This document shows positions 47,192 to 53,181 of a stretch of DNA of 53,181 bases, in pieces. Source of the stretch: a virus (Duplodnaviria; Caudoviricetes); the IMG/VR virus record IMGVR_UViG_3300022719_000025, positions 1 to 53,181 of that record; one strand, written 5' to 3'. The notes under the pieces were generated by a model, which did not search any database, was not told the origin of the DNA, and saw nothing but the letters and a program-made list of their open reading frames with translations. The first letter of the stretch is position 1. Every line of letters starts with the position of its first letter. The translations under genes and the position numbers were made by a program.

Positions 47192-48373
47192 TTAACCTCC
47201 TTTCTTGGAGAGTGCAAAAGGTCGAACTGTCAGCGATTCAGGGATTAGTACTCCCGAATTATTGAAGATCTTAACCTCTCTAGCCCAGTCTTCGTGAGAC
47301 ATAATGTAATTTAGGCCGTTATACTGGACACATACCATAGCACTAAGTTCCTCGTTGGAGACACAAGCAGACGGTGTATCTCTGAGCATACGCTCAAAGA
47401 AGTCCATATCACTCTCATTGCCCCAATTCTTTTCCCACCAATGAGGCTCGTTGATATCAATGATGGCCCCTGAACCGCGACGGTCGGTAATCTTGTATTT
47501 CTTACCACCTCTATTGGTCCTGCCTTTACCGTGCCCGTAGAAGTCGATATGTACTGGCTTGGGTTCACGCAAAAGGCTGGCCAATTCTCGCCCATAGGTT
47601 TCCAGTGGAACCCTGACGCTACTGGTCTTTGGCATCTTACCCTCATCCAGACGGACTACGTGTCCATAGGATGATCCATGCAGGGTCCAGTCTCCGTTAC
47701 GTCCGAAAATCAAGTGCAGTCCGGACTGTTCCCGTTCTTCCCATGACTCAAGGTCCACGGAGGATGGGCTAGCAGAGTTACCTGGGTGTACATGAACCGT
47801 TCCAATCCACCGGGCCACTTTAACCATCTTGTCCATTGCTATTGGATCTTTCCAGTCGATGGAGCCGGGAGTGCCCTCTTGATCCGGAACGACGTAGACA
47901 TACCCGGATTTGTCCCGTTTCTCTCCTATGATGTACATAACCTCTCGGTCGTACTTAGAAAGGAAATTTTTAAATAGGTACTTCAACTCTCCCCAAGGAG
48001 GGAGCTTGGACTCATCGTACCCACAGTACACTAATTCGGGTTTCATTCTCTGGTCAGGGGTGATAGGACACACAATCTGGAGGAGTCCCTGTGTCCGACG
48101 ATAAGACCGACCGTCCTTACCAATGAAAGTTTCTCCAAACCCCGGTAACTCACCTACTGTAGCCAGAGGTTCCCATTCCTCTATACTGAGAAGTGGTTTA
48201 TTTTTAGTCTTCGTAGTCAATGTCTTCCTCCCCCCCAACGGCGACTGGCTCGTCGGTATTGATGTCTTCTTCTGTGATTTCGCTGACCTGTCTGAGAGGC
48301 TTGACGACCGATTGCCATGTCCTAAGCCCCTTTTCTTCATCCATCGCCCAATAAAACTCCAGAAACTCATCAT
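47192..48373 (-). CDS. JAB/MPN+ (JAMM) metallo-isopeptidase, prokaryotic Ubl-system type
   Basis: Exact JAMM motif E...H-V-H-x7-S-x2-D (REV...GTVHVHPGNSASPSSVD), VPDQ motif, GLHLIFG. Confidence 0.88.
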   Translation of the reverse strand: MMSFWSFIGRWMKKRGLGHGNRSSSLSDRSAKSQKKTSIPTSQSPLGGRKTLTTKTKNKPLLSIEEWEPLATVGELPGFGETFIGKDGRSYRRTQGLLQIVCPITPDQRMKPELVYCGYDESKLPPWGELKYLFKNFLSKYDREVMYIIGEKRDKSGYVYVVPDQEGTPGSIDWKDPIAMDKMVKVARWIGTVHVHPGNSASPSSVDLESWEEREQSGLHLIFGRNGDWTLHGSSYGHVVRLDEGKMPKTSSVRVPLETYGRELASLLREPKPVHIDFYGHGKGRTNRGGKKYKITDRRGSGAIIDINEPHWWEKNWGNESDMDFFERMLRDTPSACVSNEELSAMVCVQYNGLNYIMSHEDWAREVKIFNNSGVLIPESLTVRPFALSKKGG

Positions 48374-49100
48374 AATTACCCTCCAAAATATGCCGTTTCA
48401 GAACATGTTCGATAGCCCGAGCGAGCAAAGTGCCCGTAATCTGATTACTAAGTACAGTTTGTTCTCCACACTTTGGACGTTCAGGAGCCTCTCGACCATT
48501 GCCAATATCGGTATGCAACGGTAAGAAGTTATGAACTGGGTCTCCATCCTCCCAAATTCCGTAGTATACTTGGCCAAACTCCTCATCACAGCCCGTCATA
48601 TACACAATAACCCGTCCATCCTCGTACTCCTGAGCAGCCTTAACACAGGCCAGACGGGCATGGTCACAGTCCACGTTTACCACCAAATGCAGAGTGTTCT
48701 CAACAATGCCGAATAGATGGGCCTCAGCATCAAAGAACTCAGAGTGGAATAGTGTTAGGGCCTCTCCATGGTTCATGTTGTAGTTGCGTCCTGCCACTCG
48801 ATTCAAGGCTAATATCGCCTTGTATGCCATCAAATCACCCTCACGGATTCCGTGGTAGGCAAGGTGTTGAGCTTCTGGGCACCATTGCCGAGAGAGGTTT
48901 TTGGGTTCAATCCAGTCCGGGTCGATGAACTTGATGCACGAAGGAACTCGACGGTTCACGAGTTGACTCAGAAAAGGAGTCGAGGTCCAGAATGTTCCAC
49001 CACACCCAACAAACACCCATGCTTCTCCGTGATTCTTGATCGATAGGGAGTCCCGATCACTCGGAATATTACCCGGTACTACCTTCATCTTCGCTACCAT
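48204..49100 (-). CDS. ThiF/MoeB/E1-like adenylyltransferase (PRTRC-ThiF-like)
   Basis: FVGCGGT, IDPDWIEPKNLSRQ, YKA, VD...AR, GQV, and C-terminal C-x2-Q-x4-N (PKCGEQTVLSN). Confidence 0.88.
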   Translation of the reverse strand: MVAKMKVVPGNIPSDRDSLSIKNHGEAWVFVGCGGTFWTSTPFLSQLVNRRVPSCIKFIDPDWIEPKNLSRQWCPEAQHLAYHGIREGDLMAYKAILALNRVAGRNYNMNHGEALTLFHSEFFDAEAHLFGIVENTLHLVVNVDCDHARLACVKAAQEYEDGRVIVYMTGCDEEFGQVYYGIWEDGDPVHNFLPLHTDIGNGREAPERPKCGEQTVLSNQITGTLLARAIEHVLKRHILEGNYDEFLEFYWAMDEEKGLRTWQSVVKPLRQVSEITEEDINTDEPVAVGGEEDIDYED

Positions 49101-49425
49101 AGTAGTTCTCCTCCAGTTCTAAAAGGTTGGGCCAGTGAGGGTTCTTTCTAAGCCAATCTTTATCTTTCTTAGTGAAGAACTGACTTTCCCCAATGTATTC
49201 GTTAAATCTACCTAGTCGTCGTGGGCTATATACCACCACTTTGCGATCAGTATCTACAATGACGGACTTCTTATTAATCCTCATAGACTCACCACTCGGG
49301 AAGACTAGATAAAGTCCTAACCCTTCTCGCCCTCCTCCGTCGGCGATAGCGGCGCCGCACAGGTACTCTTTAGTGTACCCACCGGGCGTGTATATCTTCG
49401 CCCTGAACATGCCCACAGGTCCCAT
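49069..49425 (-). CDS. Hypothetical protein
   Basis: 118 aa, AAGGAGG RBS, directly upstream of E1. Confidence 0.6.
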   Translation of the reverse strand: MGPVGMFRAKIYTPGGYTKEYLCGAAIADGGGREGLGLYLVFPSGESMRINKKSVIVDTDRKVVVYSPRRLGRFNEYIGESQFFTKKDKDWLRKNPHWPNLLELEENYYGSEDEGSTG

Positions 49426-49608
49426 CTAACCTCCTTCTACATCGATCATTACCCTACTTCCAAAATCAAACAACACGGGGTTCTTTTCTTCTTCAGTGCT
49501 CCACCAACTAGACTCAGAATTCCATTCCTCCTTCCTAGTAATTTTAACGGGAAGTTCTGGATCATACTTTTGGAGTTCTTTTATCATATCCCTTACAGTC
49601 ATAACCAC
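49426..49608 (-). CDS. Small hypothetical phage protein (MTVRDMIKELQKYDPELPV)
   Basis: N-terminus typical of small phage early proteins. Confidence 0.65.
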   Translation of the reverse strand: MVMTVRDMIKELQKYDPELPVKITRKEEWNSESSWWSTEEEKNPVLFDFGSRVMIDVEGG

Positions 49609-49685
49609 ACCCCCCTAAAGACTGGGAAAGAGGAGGGAGGGAACATAAGTTCCCATCCCCCCAACGTCTCCCCCGAGACTACGAA

Positions 49686-49756
49686 AGCCCTGTCCGGGAA
49701 TTGAACCCGGCCCTCCCGACGCGTGCAATCGGGTGTGCAACGTACACCATCAGGGC
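49686..49756 (-). tRNA. tRNA-like element (Cys-like GCA in a 9-nt loop; degenerate)
   Basis: GCCCTGA-TG-GTGT-ACGTT-GCAC-A-CCCGA-TTGCACGCG-TCGGG-AGGG-CCGGG-TTCAATT-CCCGG-ACAGGGC-T. Confidence 0.7.
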
Positions 49757-49850
49757 AAAGAAGAACCCTGTTCCCACTTCATCGTCCCACCGTAGCATGG
49801 GTTCCATGGGCAGGGTTCTCGGCCCTTACCTAGAGCTAGTACGGTTAACT

Positions 49851-50078
49851 CTAGGCGGCCTGTTTGCCACCTTGGGCGACAATGGTTACTTCGTCATTGG
49901 GGTTCAACGTCGTACCGGTGTTTGCCGGAGTTCCATTCACTCGAACGCTAGCAGACTCGGCCTTGATGCCACGGAGGTGTCCATCCGAAAAGAGGGCATT
50001 CACCGTGGAGCCGGGGTCCACCTTCGTAGTAATGAACTCTCCACCAAACTCTACAGACACAATCATCTTCTCATCCAT
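49851..50078 (-). CDS. Ubiquitin-like (ThiS/MoaD-type beta-grasp) protein
   Basis: 75 aa; PGSTVNAL, VRVNG, LNPNDEVTIV, ends AQGGKQAA; GAGGAG RBS. Confidence 0.85.
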   Translation of the reverse strand: MDEKMIVSVEFGGEFITTKVDPGSTVNALFSDGHLRGIKAESASVRVNGTPANTGTTLNPNDEVTIVAQGGKQAA

Positions 50079-50137
50079 AGTAACACTCCTCTACCCCTTG
50101 CAAGGGCTCTAAAGTTCTCCGGGTTCTCGGCCCCGGA

Positions 50138-50575
50138 TTATTCACAGTCGCATATCTTACCCAACGGACTATCGTTACACAAACATAGGTTCACTGCATT
50201 CGGCAATAATGGTTCAATCAAGTGCAGGTCATACAGATCCGTGTCACAGTCGTGGTCTACGTCGTGGGTGTTGACCCCACAGTTACCAGGCCCGCTCATC
50301 CTACAGAACATACCAGACATTAGAGCTAGTACACAGCAGTTGGATTGCTGCCTGTCCGGCAGGTTACACATCTCCACTTGTGCCCACCAGTCCTGAAATA
50401 CACTAGGCTTCCACTTCATATACAGATCACCCCCCTCTGCTACCTCCTCTAAAGGGGGGGAGTCTATACAGCCTCCTACAAGGAAAGGAAAAGCTGGTAG
50501 AAGTACGGCCTGTAGCATACCGGCATACAAGAGGACTCTCCACAAGGTGTCATACTTTGTCCTGCACATATACAT
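50138..50575 (-). CDS. Cys-rich lipoprotein with EF-hand/dockerin-like Ca-binding loop
   Basis: FPFLVGG-C lipobox-like signal; DVDHDCDTDLYDL; about 10 further Cys. Confidence 0.55.
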   Translation of the reverse strand: MYMCRTKYDTLWRVLLYAGMLQAVLLPAFPFLVGGCIDSPPLEEVAEGGDLYMKWKPSVFQDWWAQVEMCNLPDRQQSNCCVLALMSGMFCRMSGPGNCGVNTHDVDHDCDTDLYDLHLIEPLLPNAVNLCLCNDSPLGKICDCE

Positions 50576-51032
50576 TCTCCAGAAGCTCTGCGAGTTCGTC
50601 GTAGGTAAAGGCCAATGGGTTGTCTACATTGTAAGACTCCTTCTTTGGTCCTCTACTCAATCCGATCTTCACAGGACTTGCACCTAGTACGAAGCAGATT
50701 GAGTCAGTCTTGGGGACTATCCCCAGAGCCTCGGAATCCTTTTTCCATTCATCACCCTCGTTTACCCCATAGGCCCTTTCAATCACATCTCTCATGGTGG
50801 GTGGATGTAGTAGTTGGAAAGCCTCATCCCCAATCCACTCATTGATATTAGCCAAGAGATCACTCTCCGACTGTCCAACTGAGGAGAGGTACTTCCCCTC
50901 TGGGGAAAAGACCCACTTGCACCCGCCCTCTATACGGCGGTACATATCAGCCAGTATCTCAAGAGGACTTTTCTCCTCAGTCTTTTGGGACTTCAACATA
51001 CCCGCCCACATCCTAGCAATCTCTGGTTTCAT
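50550..51032 (-). CDS. Hypothetical protein
   Basis: 160 aa; packing. Confidence 0.6.
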   Translation of the reverse strand: MKPEIARMWAGMLKSQKTEEKSPLEILADMYRRIEGGCKWVFSPEGKYLSSVGQSESDLLANINEWIGDEAFQLLHPPTMRDVIERAYGVNEGDEWKKDSEALGIVPKTDSICFVLGASPVKIGLSRGPKKESYNVDNPLAFTYDELAELLENVYVQDKV

Positions 51033-51037
51033 AGCAT

Positions 51038-51844
51038 CTAACCTACCTTCCCTTCCAAATACTGAAACAGTCTATCAATCTGCCACATCCTTTCTTCCCG
51101 CATAGTTCCAGCAGCAGAAGTCCTAGCAGCAGCCTCAGCAGCAGCCCTAGTAGCTTCCCAAGCATAAGCGCCAGCGGACTCCCTACCATAAGCCCCATCA
51201 GCAGCCTCAGCAGCAGCCCTATCAGCAGCCCAAGTAGCAGCCTCAGCAGCAGCAGAAGTCCTATCAGCAGCCTCAGCAGCAGTCTCAGTAGACCCAGCAG
51301 TCTCAGTAGCAGCCCTAGAAGCAGCCCAAGTAGCAGCCCTAGAAGCAGCCCAAGTAGCAGCCCTAGCAGCAGCCTCAGCAGCAGTCTCAGTAGACCCAGC
51401 AGTCTCAGTAGCAGCAGCAACAGCCCAAGTAGAATTCAAGTCTTTTAGGCTACAGTCCCCCCTTAGGAAGTTCCTAGTGGCGATCAGTAGATTTTGGTCC
51501 TCTGGATGCTTATTTAGGTGTCTTACTCTTTCAGCACAATCAAGACTAAATAAGGCTGTAGTTCTACTGTTCCAATTATTAAGGCGAGTAGTCAGCCTAG
51601 CCCGAGAAAACACTATTTTATCTTCGCATTTGACACAAGAACCTCCGCCCTCAGCCTCATAAATCTCGGGACCTAACCATTCTATCAAATGCTCTCTGGA
51701 AACCAGATGGTATCCAGACACACAAGGGTTGAGAGTTTCTACTTCAGGCATCCACTCTCCCGGGCCTTTCTCAGTAGGGAGGGACCATACAAAGTTTGAG
51801 TAAATACCTCTACCACCGACTCCTGTAGTTTTATAATACTTCAT
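51038..51844 (-). CDS. Phage protein with Ala-rich AAxAA/TWAA repeats (DUF7666/Imm5-like architecture)
   Basis: PCVSGYH...KIVFSRAR...DCAERV then Ala repeats; start MKYYK at 51844 with GGAGAGG RBS. Confidence 0.7.
   Translation of the reverse strand: MKYYKTTGVGGRGIYSNFVWSLPTEKGPGEWMPEVETLNPCVSGYHLVSREHLIEWLGPEIYEAEGGGSCVKCEDKIVFSRARLTTRLNNWNSRTTALFSLDCAERVRHLNKHPEDQNLLIATRNFLRGDCSLKDLNSTWAVAAATETAGSTETAAEAAARAATWAASRAATWAASRAATETAGSTETAAEAADRTSAAAEAATWAADRAAAEAADGAYGRESAGAYAWEATRAAAEAAARTSAAGTMREERMWQIDRLFQYLEGKVG
51108..51430. repeat. Low-complexity coding repeats (GCA-rich) encoding Ala-rich units
   Basis: Repeated units such as AATWAASR and ATETAGSTETAAEAA (two copies). Confidence 0.85.
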
Positions 51845-51956
51845 ACCCTCTCCCCTGTAGTAGTGTTTAGTGTGGGGGGCGGTTGGCGAAAGTATTCTGT
51901 CCCTTACTGGCCAACCGCCCCTTTTTTTCGGCGTGCAAAATTTTGCCGCCACCCAA

Positions 51957-51984
51957 AGCATACAATCAAAATTCAAAAAGTCAA
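51957..51984 (-). promoter_or_regulatory. Probable sigma70 promoter TTGACT-N16-TATGCT for the accessory gene block
   Basis: -35 at 51979-51984, -10 at 51957-51962, A-tracts upstream. Confidence 0.55.
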
Positions 51985-52070
51985 ACTTTCGGCAAAAGTT
52001 TTTTTTCGCCCGATAAAAGGGTCGGAGCGTCGTCGTTGGATGGTTTTTTATCGGAGGCGTCCGAAAAAAA

Positions 52071-52385
52071 TCAAGCGTCTCTTAGAGAGGTACTGATTCT
52101 TCGGAGGAGGGTAGGATTCTGTTTGATAAAAAGAGAGAGAGCTTCCCCAAGGAGGCCAACTACTAGTTCTTCGTTATCTAGGTTAGTGCCTTGTAGAATA
52201 GCATGTAGGCACTCGTGAATGAGTACCTCTACTTTTCGAGAAGTCGGCAGGGATTCATCTATGGTAATGGTTAAAGCACCTATGTCACAGTGCCCCAGAC
52301 AGTCTCGTCCAGGCATCTTAGATGTAGGACGTTCTTTGATAGAATAGGAATGGGTCCCTACCTTAACGGTCTTTGGAAGTAGCAT
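52071..52385 (-). CDS. Small HEXXH zinc-metallopeptidase-like protein (ImmA/IrrE-like fold)
   Basis: LGHCD...ITID...VLIHECLHAI...NEE. Confidence 0.75.
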   Translation of the reverse strand: MLLPKTVKVGTHSYSIKERPTSKMPGRDCLGHCDIGALTITIDESLPTSRKVEVLIHECLHAILQGTNLDNEELVVGLLGEALSLFIKQNPTLLRRISTSLRDA

Positions 52386-52665
52386 TTCTCTCCCCCAATA
52401 GACTTGCTAGTTGTACTCGAAGGTCCTGGATCTCCTTATTCCCGGCCTTAACATCCTTCTTGAGTTCGTCCATACCTTCGGTGAGATGGATGAGGGTTTT
52501 GAGAACCATTTTACGATCCTCTACGTAGGGAGACCCTCTATCTATCATTTCTACTACTTCAGCACGGGTAGGTAGATCGGGGAGAATCAAGAACATGGTA
52601 CCTGCTAGAGTGATTACACCACTACTAACGGAAGCTACTACGATCTTGAGCATCTCCAATTTCAT
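52363..52665 (-). CDS. Single-TM plus coiled-coil protein (holin-like candidate)
   Basis: IVVASVSSGVITLAGTMFLIL TM then coiled coil. Confidence 0.5.
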   Translation of the reverse strand: MKLEMLKIVVASVSSGVITLAGTMFLILPDLPTRAEVVEMIDRGSPYVEDRKMVLKTLIHLTEGMDELKKDVKAGNKEIQDLRVQLASLLGERNATSKDR

Positions 52666-53030
52666 TAGTCAATCCAACCAACCACCACTACGGCATCTAG
52701 GTCATCACCAGCATTTTGAGTCACGAAGGATACCCGATTTACTGATAGTCGTCCTTCAAGGGTTACGTCTATAGTTGCACCAGCCGCAACGGACCAGTAA
52801 GCCACCCCGTCGTCATCTGAGTCCCCATCGAAGTCATTAGCTGCCAAGGCGTTGACTTTTACAAGTAGGGCTGCATTAGCTCCGGTAGGATTGTGGACTA
52901 GGCACGTTCTGACAGGTTTTGGGTCCGGACTGGAGAACCTCACTACCCGAGGGGCAGTTGCATCATTGTCCGTTCCAGCAGTCTCAATGTGGTCTTGTCC
53001 ATTTACAGGCGAACCGCCTCGAATACTCAT
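52665..53030 (-). CDS. Putative small structural beta-sandwich protein
   Basis: 121 aa D/A/V-rich, AAGGAG RBS; follows 665..75 across the circular junction. Confidence 0.55.
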   Translation of the reverse strand: MSIRGGSPVNGQDHIETAGTDNDATAPRVVRFSSPDPKPVRTCLVHNPTGANAALLVKVNALAANDFDGDSDDDGVAYWSVAAGATIDVTLEGRLSVNRVSFVTQNAGDDLDAVVVVGWID

Positions 53031-53033
53031 AAG

Positions 53034-53181
53034 GTCTTCTCCTTAAAGGAGAGTCCCGGAGAGGACTGGCCTCTCCGGAACTGTAACTTGACATTGCCCA
53101 TCGTACCCTACAGAACTCGGAGACAGCGAACCCAAACGTCCACCTCGGCACCATCATTGGTAGCACCTGCCGTAGCGTCAG
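53034..53181. repeat. Terminal direct repeat, right copy
   Basis: Matches 1-148 (one mismatch). Confidence 0.95.

Noticed and set aside
47192-50078. Thiamine/molybdopterin biosynthesis auxiliary genes (thiS/thiF, moaD/moeB)
   Set aside because: No thiG, moaE, cysteine synthase or sulfurtransferase recognised; E1 lacks the Zn-binding CxxC pairs and is coupled to a JAB peptidase, so these gene symbols were not assigned
51043-51420. Leu-rich 125-aa ORF resembling a membrane protein
   Set aside because: Alternative frame of the GCT-rich Ala repeat tract
1021-53030. Stop-codon reassignment
   Set aside because: Standard code gives dense, intact genes for all hallmark proteins, and TAA, TAG and TGA all end genes

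Overview
The window appears to be a complete, circularly assembled tailed-phage genome of about 53,033 bp; bases 1-148 recur at 53034-53181 with one mismatch. The + strand (1.0-12.0 kb) carries a replication/recombination module: UDG-fused PolA, metallophosphoesterase, ERCC4 nuclease, dATP/dGTP diphosphohydrolase-like protein, Cas4-like exonuclease, Sak4-like ATPase, SSB, an AAA+ ATPase, GroES and an HD phosphohydrolase. The - strand carries a podovirus-type virion module: TerL, portal, scaffold, major capsid, beta-helix spike, adaptor, fibres, nozzle and five putative ejection proteins. It also has three lipoprotein genes where a lysis cassette might be expected, and a block of accessory, probably early, genes (43-52 kb). 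I recognised no integrase, RNA polymerase, primase or endolysin. The most striking element is in the accessory block: a phage-encoded ubiquitin-like cassette with a 75-aa beta-grasp protein ending GG-KQAA, a ThiF/E1-like enzyme and a JAB/JAMM peptidase, with no recognisable E2 and a tRNA-like RNA between Ubl and E1. Other unexplained signals are a second tRNA-like gene with an oversized anticodon arm, a dispersed 19-bp motif (GTGTAGAGGAGTAGAGTCT), a 15-bp-periodic repeat array with distant inverted copies, and near-consensus sigma70 promoters in front of virion genes. All family calls come from motif recognition by eye, not database searches.
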